A stretch of 64,000 nt of DNA. Source: Candidatus Heimdallarchaeota archaeon (GTDB lineage: Archaea > Asgardarchaeota > Heimdallarchaeia > Heimdallarchaeales > Heimdallarchaeaceae). Below are positions 28,396 through 36,806 of the stretch, piece after piece; position 1 is the stretch's first letter, and each line of letters opens with the position of its first letter. The position numbers and the translations under genes were made by a program. The stretch is from positions 296-64,295 of the forward strand of contig DAOVET010000004.1 in NCBI GenBank assembly GCA_030668825.1, read 5' to 3'. Under the pieces are notes generated by a model. It was not told the origin of the DNA. It worked only from the letters and a program-made list of their open reading frames with translations, and made no database searches.

Positions 28396-29079
28396 ATGAA
28401 TGTATTTCATATTGTAGGAAATGAACTTATTCCAATCAAGGAACCCTATCAGTTTCAAAATGGTGATGTTTATGTTATTGAAACAGAAAGCAATCTCTGG
28501 ATATGGTTAGGTTCCAAGTCTTTTGCAGATGAGAAGTTTATTGGTTCTTGGGGAGCAAAGAAGATTGAAAACCAAAATAAAGAACTGAAAATTGAAACTA
28601 TCAATCAAGGTTTAGAACCTTCAGTTTTTAAGGAACAGGTTGATTTTGAAGTTGTTGAAGGAGATACTCTGGGTTTTCTGAAATCAATTGATACAAAATA
28701 TGAGAAAGATTTCAAATTACTTCAAATTAAGGAGAATGATGAAGGAGAGATAATTGTTTCAGAACTGCCTGTTGAACACAAACACTTTCAATCCGATGAT
28801 GCTTTTGTCCTAGATGCTTTTAACATTCTTTATGTTTGGATAGGTAAAGATAGTCAAGTTAAAGAGAAATATGAAGCTGGTAGAATTACTAGACAGTTAG
28901 AAGTAGAGAGAAAAAGAGCTCCAATCATTTATGTGATTGAAGAAGAAAATGAACCAGATGGTTTTCGTGAGCTTATCTTTAAATTGGGATTAAGGGACGG
29001 AATTCTGGAATTAAGAAAGACAGTTAAAAAAGTAGAAGGATCTACATCCAAAAAATGGTGGCAGTTCTGGAAAAGGTGA
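28396..29079 (+). CDS. Two-domain gelsolin/villin-like protein (Asgard 2DGel type)
   Basis: Two gelsolin-repeat signatures: 'GDVYVIETESNLWIWLGSKSFADEKFIGSWGAKKI' and 'DDAFVLDAFNILYVWIGKDSQVKEKYEAGRITRQLE'. Compare eukaryotic gelsolin 'DxFILDxGxxIFVWxGKxASxxEK'. Confidence 0.72.
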   Translation: MNVFHIVGNELIPIKEPYQFQNGDVYVIETESNLWIWLGSKSFADEKFIGSWGAKKIENQNKELKIETINQGLEPSVFKEQVDFEVVEGDTLGFLKSIDTKYEKDFKLLQIKENDEGEIIVSELPVEHKHFQSDDAFVLDAFNILYVWIGKDSQVKEKYEAGRITRQLEVERKRAPIIYVIEEENEPDGFRELIFKLGLRDGILELRKTVKKVEGSTSKKWWQFWKR

Positions 29080-29364
29080 TTTAACCTCCCCTCTATGCCA
29101 TTTGTTTCATAAAAATAAGAAATAAACAAATAAACTGCTAAAAAACTATAATTCTACTAGGATTCTATACTATTTCATGTTTTATTGGATATCTGAGCTA
29201 TTTCAGCAAATTCTTTAGGCGGATAGGATAATTTATAAAGCCCCCTTCTAAATTCATATTGCAAGTTAAAAAGTAGTGAAATTAGATTGTTTTGTTTCGT
29301 TAAAGGAGTAAGAATTTTCTGAGAACTAGTTTTTAATTAAGATTGAACTTGAAAAAGTTCCAAT

Positions 29365-29589
29365 TTGAGCAAAAATATGGAGGAATCCAACTTGAAAGGC
29401 GTAGTTAAGAGAATAATGTATGACCGAAATTATGGGTTCGTCAATGTCGAAGGAGATGAAAAAGAAGTCTTCTTCCATCGTTCTGGTGTTAAAGAAGACT
29501 TTAACGACCTGAAAGAAGGAGACGAAGTAGAATTCGATGTTGAAGAAACTGATAGAGGTTCTCAAGCAGCAAATTTGGTTAAAATATAA
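29365..29589 (+). CDS. csp: Cold-shock domain protein (CspA family)
   Basis: 'KGVVKRIMYDRNYGFVNVEGDEKEVFFHRSGV' carries RNP1-like 'YGFV' and RNP2-like 'VFFH' motifs. ~70 aa. Preceded by a 'ggagg' Shine-Dalgarno. Confidence 0.85.
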   Translation: MSKNMEESNLKGVVKRIMYDRNYGFVNVEGDEKEVFFHRSGVKEDFNDLKEGDEVEFDVEETDRGSQAANLVKI

Positions 29590-29721
29590 TCAGATTTGAG
29601 GAAATTTAGAAGAGTTTCTTAGTAAAACTGAATCTTCTTACTGAAACAATTAATTTTGTTTCACAATTCCTTTTTCTAATTTTTTGTACAAGCTTTAGAT
29701 GACAGAATATTGAATTACTAG

Positions 29722-30972
29722 CTATCCCTTTAGTATCAACCTTATGTAGAGATCTATTTCTTCACCATTTTTGGTCAAACTTGTAACAAATAGAGTTTCA
29801 TGATTCCTAATATCCTGTTCTTTTAGCGTTAGATTGAGTTCAACTTCTTCTGGATCTTTCTTATCAATCAACCAGAAAGAAGGTTCAAATTCAGGATCAT
29901 AGCTATAACCTTTATTCTTAATTATTGAAAGAAGCATATTGAAAGTTGTAGTTTCTGGAATTGCTATTTCCTCGATTATGGTCGCAGCTGAACCGCACAA
30001 AGCACACTTTTTGTTAGGTGGCTTCTCTATGTAAAAGAATTTACCAACCAAACCATTGTAAATAACATATTCTTTGTTTACTGTTCCAAGTTTGATTCCT
30101 TTGACATGATGGAGTATCTTAATAGCTTCCTGTGATTGTAAAGAAGCTATAACTGCATTCATTGTAATTATTGTTGGATCATGCTGATCAACCATCTTTA
30201 CAGCTTCGTCAATTGAAAAAATACTTTTATCTGGAAAATGCTCTTTGACTAAATTGTTAGCATAATCTAGAACAACATTCATTTCTTCTATGACTGTAGT
30301 ATCTGGAGTTCTGTTATGTTTTGATTCAAAAGATAGCTGTCCCTTAAGCAAGCAGTGCGATCTTTTTCTTGGAATTCCAACCAAAGTACAAGCTGCTAAA
30401 GTTTCTCTTTCTCTCTCAATCTGAGGATCACATTGAAGACAAGCATTCTCTCCTGGAGAGTAAGTGTAAACATGACCGTAGTATGTAGCTGTTCCTCCAT
30501 CAATCATAGGTTTCTTGAAATGAACAGCTCTACGATTTAATTCAGCTCTTGCAGTAACTGAATCTAATCCAGAAATTATTAAATCAGCTGTTGCATATAC
30601 TTCAGGATCAATATCTTCAAGATTTGAGTGATGCCAGATATATTTGCTAAAAGGATTAATTTTCTTTAAAGCTGTAGCTGAAACTTTGGATTTAGGTTCC
30701 CCCTCATCTGCATCAGAAAATAAAATTTGTCTATTAAGATTAGCGTATTCAATAATGTCCAAATCTATCAAATGTAAAGTACCAACTCCTGCCATGGCCA
30801 GATTTTTAGCAACTTCGGTACCTAATCCTCCAATTCCTGCTATAACCACTTTTGAATCCTTCAAAGCTTTTTGATTCCACCCCGGTAATCTAAGTTGCCT
30901 ATCTAGACGTTTTCGTTCTTCTTCAGAGAATGTTTCATCAAAAAAGTTTGATTGTTGTGATTCGTTGCTCAT
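29722..30972 (-). CDS. Ubiquitin-activating E1-like enzyme (ThiF/MoeB/Uba-type adenylation domain with C-terminal extension)
   Basis: Nucleotide-binding 'VVIAGIGGLGTEVAKNLAMAGVGTLHLIDLDIIEYANLNRQ'. Zn-binding pairs 'CLQCDP' and 'CALCGS'. A ~100-aa C-terminal domain (possible ubiquitin-fold/E2-recruiting domain). Adjacent to the Ubl gene. Confidence 0.85.
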   Translation of the reverse strand: MSNESQQSNFFDETFSEEERKRLDRQLRLPGWNQKALKDSKVVIAGIGGLGTEVAKNLAMAGVGTLHLIDLDIIEYANLNRQILFSDADEGEPKSKVSATALKKINPFSKYIWHHSNLEDIDPEVYATADLIISGLDSVTARAELNRRAVHFKKPMIDGGTATYYGHVYTYSPGENACLQCDPQIERERETLAACTLVGIPRKRSHCLLKGQLSFESKHNRTPDTTVIEEMNVVLDYANNLVKEHFPDKSIFSIDEAVKMVDQHDPTIITMNAVIASLQSQEAIKILHHVKGIKLGTVNKEYVIYNGLVGKFFYIEKPPNKKCALCGSAATIIEEIAIPETTTFNMLLSIIKNKGYSYDPEFEPSFWLIDKKDPEEVELNLTLKEQDIRNHETLFVTSLTKNGEEIDLYIRLILKG

Positions 30973-31085
30973 TGTATACTCCTCAAGTATTACTCTGCTT
31001 CTAGTATGAAAAAATAATGATTGTTTGAAAAATAAATGGAGGGAGAAAGAGAAATTCTTTCTTAGATGTTGATTACTTCTTCCAT

Positions 31086-31445
31086 TTATCCAGCAGTTGA
31101 TACTGGGATAAGTAGAATGGTATCTCCATCTTCAACTCCATAATCATCTAAGACATCATCTGAATCACAAGTTCTTCCTGCATGAGACAGATGAAATTCA
31201 TCTGGAGGTAGTCCAAATATCTGACTAACAGTATATTTGATGTCACCAATTGGTGCATCAATGGCAACAACAAGTTTCTCTTGTTTTGGACTTGGTCCAA
31301 TAGTGCTTTGAAAATAAACACTAATTTTCTTACTTCCAGGAGTCTTTGACTTTGTAGGAGTCTTTGAGATAATTTCTTCTTCTTCGACTTCCTCTTCTTC
31401 TTCATCAAAGGATAATTCTTCAAATTCTTCGCTCATAATAATCAT
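31086..31445 (-). CDS. Ubiquitin-like beta-grasp modifier protein with an acidic N-terminal extension
   Basis: The C-terminal 78 aa align with ubiquitin: 'LPPDEFHLSHAGRTCDSDDVLDDYGVEDGDTILLI' vs ubiquitin '[35 protein letters not shown]'. The protein terminates in '...VSTAG' (single terminal Gly). The N-terminal 40 aa are poly-Glu/low-complexity. A likely start is the second ATG, which has an 'aagga' Shine-Dalgarno. Confidence 0.75.
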   Translation of the reverse strand: MIIMSEEFEELSFDEEEEEVEEEEIISKTPTKSKTPGSKKISVYFQSTIGPSPKQEKLVVAIDAPIGDIKYTVSQIFGLPPDEFHLSHAGRTCDSDDVLDDYGVEDGDTILLIPVSTAG

Positions 31446-31688
31446 TCCTTGTTAATTACAATTTATGCATATTGCATTGGACTGTTAAAAAACTATGCTT
31501 TTCGGTATAAAAAGCATTTTATTTAGGTTGTTGAAGAAAGCAACAGTAATATAAATAAGGAAAAAGAGGATATATATCTTGATTGATAACTAGAGGAATT
31601 CAGAACTGTTAAAAGACAGACTTGGAGTTTTAGAATTTCTTGAAAACAGATCCTTAGAAGAAAGGCAAAGTATGGATTTGACTTACAA

Positions 31689-32156
31689 ATGGCAAACAAA
31701 AAAAAGAAAAGTAAGATTTCTTCCAAAATTCCAAAGCAAAAATATCCCTTTGATTCTAAAATCCCCAAGGAAAAAATTCCAAAACAAAGATTAGATGCTA
31801 GTGAACTAATTCCTCCGAAAAAACAAAAAAGGGGTAAAGAGAAGAAGGAAGAAGTGATTCCTAAAAGAGAAATTTTCAAAGATATTGAAAGCATGGAATC
31901 AAGAGCTATGGAGAAACAGAAGAAAGAAAAAAAGGAAGAAACGCTCCCTTCAAGAGATAAGGATAAATTCTCTGAAATCGAAAGTATGGAATCTAGACCA
32001 CTTCCAAAGGAAGAGAAAAAGGAGAAAAAGGAGAGAGAATCTCCAGCTGCTTCCCAAATTGAAGAAGTTGTGCAAGAGAAAACTCCAAAGCAAAAAGTAC
32101 CAACACAAAAATATCCTAGTCAAACAAAGTTACCAAAGCAAAAGAAACCAAAGTAA
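31689..32156 (+). CDS. Lys/Glu/Pro-rich repetitive (intrinsically disordered) protein
   Basis: 155 aa with 'KIPKQK'-type short repeats and a longer repeat ('DIESMESRAMEKQKKEKKEE' / 'EIESMESRPLPKEEKKEKKE'). The two DNA copies differ mainly at synonymous positions (att/atc, agc/agt, tca/tct), which argues for real coding on this strand. The minus-strand ORF 31523-31894 is its low-complexity shadow. Confidence 0.5.
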   Translation: MANKKKKSKISSKIPKQKYPFDSKIPKEKIPKQRLDASELIPPKKQKRGKEKKEEVIPKREIFKDIESMESRAMEKQKKEKKEETLPSRDKDKFSEIESMESRPLPKEEKKEKKERESPAASQIEEVVQEKTPKQKVPTQKYPSQTKLPKQKKPK

Positions 32157-32200
32157 AATGAAAATAATCTTCTCTATACCTAATTAATTTCTAGAACAAT

Positions 32201-32794
32201 TTATACAAACAGCATCAATAGGGCTGAATAGAAATACACCCCACCGAAAATCACAAGAAAGAGATTTTCAAGATAAAATACTGAAGTCAAGATATAAGTT
32301 GCAGGAATTATGAACATAAGTAAGAATCCAAAGAATTTTGGAGAAATACCTTTTTCGCTTGTTCCCTTGAGTCTGATGAAAGGGTATCGAATAAATGTTC
32401 TAAAAATCATGAAGTTACTAACTATATAATAAGGTAATAAAACAAAATCTACAGCATTGATATAGAAAATATAGTCAAGACCTTCTGTAGATATTCCAGT
32501 TGAAACTATAAAAGGCTCGTAAAGCAAAAATAACTTCTGAGTTAAAATAATTAAAACAGGAATTAGAGGAACCATTAGAACAAAAAACACTTCGTTGAAT
32601 GTTGCTTTGTGTTTCAAATAAAAGAAACTTCTAAAAATTATAAATAAAGAGAGGAAAACAAAAATTGCAGCAAAAATGTAAACTCTTCCGAGGAAATTGT
32701 TATCTTCTATGAAATAATAAATTGAAACACCAACTAATGTTAGTGATAGTAGAAATGCTGCAGATAGTTGTTTCCAAGTGGCCATGAATAACAC
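32201..32794 (-). CDS. Polytopic membrane protein, hypothetical
   Basis: 197 aa, 5-6 predicted TM helices. Lies between the RING and Ubl/E1 genes. Confidence 0.5.
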   Translation of the reverse strand: MLFMATWKQLSAAFLLSLTLVGVSIYYFIEDNNFLGRVYIFAAIFVFLSLFIIFRSFFYLKHKATFNEVFFVLMVPLIPVLIILTQKLFLLYEPFIVSTGISTEGLDYIFYINAVDFVLLPYYIVSNFMIFRTFIRYPFIRLKGTSEKGISPKFFGFLLMFIIPATYILTSVFYLENLFLVIFGGVYFYSALLMLFV

Positions 32795-32859
32795 CTTTCC
32801 TTCTATTTTCCAACTTGTTTATATTTATTCAGTTATTAAACAATTGGCTACTCGAATTA

Positions 32860-33963
32860 TTATAGCTTCTCAATCACTTTTTCAATATAGAGCTTTATAT
32901 TGATTCTATATTTTGGATTGTTTACATATCTGGTAGAAATAATTTGATTACATCTAGCACAGAGTCTTGATGTCTTAAACCAACTCATAAATTCGTCTTC
33001 ATGTGCAGGATATCGACAGTGGGGGCATAAAATGATTTTTCTGCGGTCTTTCTTATCAAAATCCATATAACATATTATACATTGCATCTCTTCTTTCTTG
33101 GGTGTACCAATTGGAAAGATTTTCTTAGAAACCGTTGTTATTTTGGATTTTTTCTTTAGAGTAGTAGAGCGTGTTGTTTTTACTTCTATCCCAGGAGCAA
33201 TTCTTGCATTAGAATACCTAGAAGTTTTACTAGTAGATGATGTAGAAGCTGTTGGTCTTCTTGACCTAGTGGAAACAGATCTTTGGTTACTTCGAGTTGT
33301 TGAAGCTGTTGTTCTGCTTCTACTGGTTGATGATGTGGATCTGGATGAAGTAACCTGAGCTTGTTGGTTAGATCTCACTGCAAATGCAATTATGAAGTAT
33401 CTAAAGATAAAAATGAAGTATAAAATAACAAAAATGAAACTTACAAAATCAATTTGCCAATTGATAAAGAATCCAACTAATAAAATTGCAATATATGTTG
33501 TATGTATCAAAAGGGGTATTTTTCTTCCTCTTCGTACTTTTCTGTTTACAGCAATAGCAGGCCATTTCTCATAGTAAAAGTTTCGAAAATAAAGAGAAAG
33601 AACAATTACAGGAAAAATTAAAGATATAGATATTAGATTAAAAGGAGAATATATTGAGCTCCCACCTGATAAACCGATATCTATTCTGAAAATTTCATAA
33701 GCAGCGGCTATGGGAGAGATATAATTTCCCATTAACATAATGCAAAATGGAAGTAGTAGGAATTGAGTGCTCGCGAGAATAGTTTTATGTTTTTTATAAT
33801 GTCTTCTTTCAAGAAAGAATCTCAGAGCAACAACAACATACAGGGTTATAAAAAATATAGTGAGTGTTTTCGGCAAATCTTTTTGAATTGCCATATATAG
33901 TACTCCAACGGTTAATCCAACAATTCCAATTGCTAGATAGGTTTTGATGTTGTTTAGTTCCAA
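32860..33963 (-). CDS. Membrane-anchored RING-like zinc-finger protein (candidate E3 ligase)
   Basis: An N-terminal ~190 aa with ~5 TM helices, then an ~80-aa Ser/Thr/Arg-rich low-complexity linker ('SSRSTSSTSRSRTTASTTRSNQRSVSTRSRRPTASTSSTSKTSR'), then a C-terminal Cys/His cluster 'CIICYMDF...(14)...LCPHCRYPAHEDEF...(10)...CARCNQII' resembling a small RING/RING-variant finger. Confidence 0.65.
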   Translation of the reverse strand: MELNNIKTYLAIGIVGLTVGVLYMAIQKDLPKTLTIFFITLYVVVALRFFLERRHYKKHKTILASTQFLLLPFCIMLMGNYISPIAAAYEIFRIDIGLSGGSSIYSPFNLISISLIFPVIVLSLYFRNFYYEKWPAIAVNRKVRRGRKIPLLIHTTYIAILLVGFFINWQIDFVSFIFVILYFIFIFRYFIIAFAVRSNQQAQVTSSRSTSSTSRSRTTASTTRSNQRSVSTRSRRPTASTSSTSKTSRYSNARIAPGIEVKTTRSTTLKKKSKITTVSKKIFPIGTPKKEEMQCIICYMDFDKKDRRKIILCPHCRYPAHEDEFMSWFKTSRLCARCNQIISTRYVNNPKYRINIKLYIEKVIEKL

Positions 33964-33984
33964 TTATAACCCAACTTTCATTTT

Positions 33985-34704
33985 TTATGAATCATTTTCA
34001 TATTTGTTTTTCATGAAGAGATTTATTGATTCATAACCTGCTTCAACGCTCAAACCATGTACTTCACTCGATAGTTCATAGTATGATTCTTTATCTTTGT
34101 GAATTCTGAAAACTCCAACTCCAAAATTCTTAGGAGATATCATTAAAGGATCTAAAACAACAGCAATAGATTTATTCCAAAAGGTTTGATAACGGAGATG
34201 TGTGCCAAAGTCATCACCACTTAAAAAGGGAGTATAGCTAGGGTGTGAATGCGCCCATCCGATTATAAAATGTTCATCGTCCTTCTTGTGAAATATCTCT
34301 GTGAAAATCTGTTGATCAACAATTTCTACACTGACTGCATCACCTTGATCTACTGGCCAATAATCTTCAACAAAAATCTGTTCTAGAGGAGTGTCTTCAT
34401 GTTTAATTCTTCCTGTTAATAAACCAATAATTTCCACCCAATCTTTCTTTGGGATGTTTTCGTTTGCATAAGTTAAAGCATGTTTAGCTAACTTTAGATA
34501 AGCTTTGGGGGAGATAACTATTTCATTTCTCACTTTGATTTGTAAATCATCTTCAGTGATTGTATCCTCACTTATTTCTTGTTTCACATCTACTTTTTCC
34601 TTAATAATATCATCAACTTCATGAAGTCCTAGGGCTTTCTCTAGCGCTTCTATTTTTTTTAGGAGTTTTTCGTATTGTTCGGGAAATTCAGTTTCATTTT
34701 CCAT
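33985..34704 (-). CDS. JAB1/MPN/Mov34 (JAMM, MPN+) metalloisopeptidase, Rpn11-like deubiquitinase candidate
   Basis: JAMM motif 'HSHPSYTPFLSGDD' (H-x-H-x7-S-x2-D) with the upstream conserved Glu ('VEIIGLLTGR'). There is an N-terminal ~70-aa coiled-coil extension. Confidence 0.85.
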   Translation of the reverse strand: MENETEFPEQYEKLLKKIEALEKALGLHEVDDIIKEKVDVKQEISEDTITEDDLQIKVRNEIVISPKAYLKLAKHALTYANENIPKKDWVEIIGLLTGRIKHEDTPLEQIFVEDYWPVDQGDAVSVEIVDQQIFTEIFHKKDDEHFIIGWAHSHPSYTPFLSGDDFGTHLRYQTFWNKSIAVVLDPLMISPKNFGVGVFRIHKDKESYYELSSEVHGLSVEAGYESINLFMKNKYENDS

Positions 34705-34737
34705 TATAAGCTCACCTTCTTCATATTTTATTCAATT

Positions 34738-35268
34738 CTACCAGTAGGATTTTGCATATTTCTTACTAATAGAACTTGCCTTTTTAATGAATTTCTTCTT
34801 ATCATTTAAGAATTCTAGAGCTGCTTCTTTATTGAATACATCTTTGGGATTTACATAAGCTCCATCAATATTAAACATTGCAAGGATAGAATAAATAACA
34901 GTCGTGATATTCTTAGCAGGAGACCATCCATCATGTTTTCCTACTAATTCATTATCAACTAAAGCTAAGCAAATATTTCTTTTATTTGGATATTCTTTAG
35001 GATTTGGCCAGAAATTGGGATGCCAGATAGGTGTATGTAATCTTACATATGGTGGTTTATATGGATAGTTTGATCCAAAGAGAATTTCAAGTTTATACTT
35101 ACCACCAGCATAAGGTGTCTTCTCAGGTCCAACAAAACCTATAGCTAGATGTCCCATAGATTTCTTCTTACTTGGAAATGCTTTTACTTGAGCTAAAATA
35201 CCTTCTTTATGAAGTTTTCTTAGCGCATCAAAATCTTTGATAACTCGTTGTTTTCTAATTTTTGTCAC
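34738..35268 (-). CDS. Ubiquitin-conjugating enzyme E2 (UBC fold)
   Basis: 'YPYKPPYVRLHTPIWHPNFWPNPK...RNICLALV...W' carries the HPN motif and the catalytic Cys context of UBC enzymes. 176 aa. Confidence 0.8.
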   Translation of the reverse strand: MTKIRKQRVIKDFDALRKLHKEGILAQVKAFPSKKKSMGHLAIGFVGPEKTPYAGGKYKLEILFGSNYPYKPPYVRLHTPIWHPNFWPNPKEYPNKRNICLALVDNELVGKHDGWSPAKNITTVIYSILAMFNIDGAYVNPKDVFNKEAALEFLNDKKKFIKKASSISKKYAKSYW

Positions 35269-35450
35269 CTTTTATCAAGTGATATTTATGTATGGTTTGA
35301 ACCACGTTCTAACAAGTAAGATAGCTGAATTATTGTTTAAAAAAGTTGTTTTGAAGGATATTCAAGTAAAGAAGCTTCAGATACTCTTTCTAAAAATTTT
35401 AAAGGAAAATTAAAGTACTGGAAAAATCCTTTGCTAGTTTTTGGAATTGT

Positions 35451-35849
35451 TTACTCAGACAATAATTCTGTGAATTTATCAGAATATTCTGTCTTAATCT
35501 GACCTTCGGTTTTTTCCATTTCAGCTCTAACTTTCTGGAATTCTAGTTTCTTCTTTTCAATTTTCATTAGAATGCTTTGAATTTTAGATTTATTCTCTGC
35601 TATAGTAACTTCTTTTTTCTTAAATTTGGCTTCTTCCTTGAGAACTTTGTCTCCTTTTCCACTCTCTTTCAGTTTATTTATCTTCATTAATCGTTCTTGT
35701 AACTCTTGATTGACTTCTGCATTCTTTTTCTTAAAATAAACTTTCTTTCCATCTAGCTCATCTAGATCCTCTTTAACATCAAAAAATTTCTCTTTAGTAC
35801 CATAAAATTTAGCTAATAGCTTGTAATACTTAATCTCTCTTTCACTCAT
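35451..35849 (-). CDS. Coiled-coil hypothetical protein
   Basis: 132 aa, K/E-rich with heptad periodicity. No motif. Confidence 0.45.
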   Translation of the reverse strand: MSEREIKYYKLLAKFYGTKEKFFDVKEDLDELDGKKVYFKKKNAEVNQELQERLMKINKLKESGKGDKVLKEEAKFKKKEVTIAENKSKIQSILMKIEKKKLEFQKVRAEMEKTEGQIKTEYSDKFTELLSE

Positions 35850-35927
35850 GATAATTAGAAATAGATTTGAGTGTTTAAAACTCTTATTAAAGTGTAATCT
35901 AACTACCGAATTATTGAAACTTTAAGA

Positions 35928-36803
35928 TTATTGATGTTCTTTCAAACTCCACATATTATCGAAAAACTCCTTAGATGGATGAATTAAATCTTTGTTAATC
36001 CTGATATCATGAAGAACACAATCACAATAAGGATATCCTTCTACTATTGTATGTTTCATGGTTAAAATGAAGTTCTCATTATTATTATTGTAACCCTGAA
36101 AATCCCCATAACATGCAGCTAGATATTTCAGTTCAATATCTGTTAAGTTAGTTATAGCATCTTTCCACATGCATGTATCTTTCCTCTGAGGAAACTTACC
36201 ATCCTCAATCACTCCTTGAACAATTACCCAGCCTATACTTGGAGAATCATCATCCTTTGGAATTCTAGCATTTCTAAACTCTACAAGAGTTTCATATTTG
36301 CTCCTTCCTGAGGATATTGATTTGACATAAGCTTCTATATATCCTTTGAATAAGTCTATCGCTATATTCCTTTCAATAATCTCTGTTAAGATTTTTACAT
36401 TATAGTATCTGTGATAGAGAAATGAATTGATGTAATTTCTATTAAGGACATTAATTTTATCTTGAATCCAGTCTTTATTACTACTGAAATCAAGTAATTG
36501 GAGATAATAATCAAAACAAGCACTCATTAATTCTGGAAAAACTTTCAAGTGAATAAAATCCTTACTTAACTCTGCAAAATCTATATTCTGCTCTTTTGAA
36601 AAAGAAGTTTTGAGAAACTGATTGAATTGATTTGTTAATCTAGTAACAAAACTATTCAAGATTTCTGGTTTCTCTTTCTTTATGTATCCAAGCAGATAAT
36701 TCAATCTTTTCAGTACAGTTCTTTTAGCAAATTCTAGTGGCTGAAGTTCCTGTAATTTTTCTAAATCACTAATATCATACTGACCTGTTCTAAAAACTTC
36801 CAT
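35928..36803 (-). CDS. Hypothetical protein, tandem paralog A (Cys/His motif family)
   Basis: 291 aa, similar in length and pattern to the adjacent ORF: 'IELKYLAACYGDF...ILTMKHTIVEGYPYCDCVLHD' vs 'PDIAYLSSCYIADVPEF...LRRTQTLHHAKFCDELYWNDDVHPD'. Confidence 0.55.
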   Translation of the reverse strand: MEVFRTGQYDISDLEKLQELQPLEFAKRTVLKRLNYLLGYIKKEKPEILNSFVTRLTNQFNQFLKTSFSKEQNIDFAELSKDFIHLKVFPELMSACFDYYLQLLDFSSNKDWIQDKINVLNRNYINSFLYHRYYNVKILTEIIERNIAIDLFKGYIEAYVKSISSGRSKYETLVEFRNARIPKDDDSPSIGWVIVQGVIEDGKFPQRKDTCMWKDAITNLTDIELKYLAACYGDFQGYNNNNENFILTMKHTIVEGYPYCDCVLHDIRINKDLIHPSKEFFDNMWSLKEHQ

Positions 36804-36806
36804 ACT

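Noticed and set aside
31148-31423. 91-aa ORF overlapping the Ubl gene in another frame
   Set aside because: Lys-rich low-complexity translation of the acidic Ubl N-terminal region. The ubiquitin-fold frame is clearly the real one.
31523-31894. 123-aa minus-strand ORF overlapping the K/E-rich gene
   Set aside because: Low-complexity Leu/Phe/Ser product. The opposite strand shows synonymous-site repeat divergence, which favours plus-strand coding.
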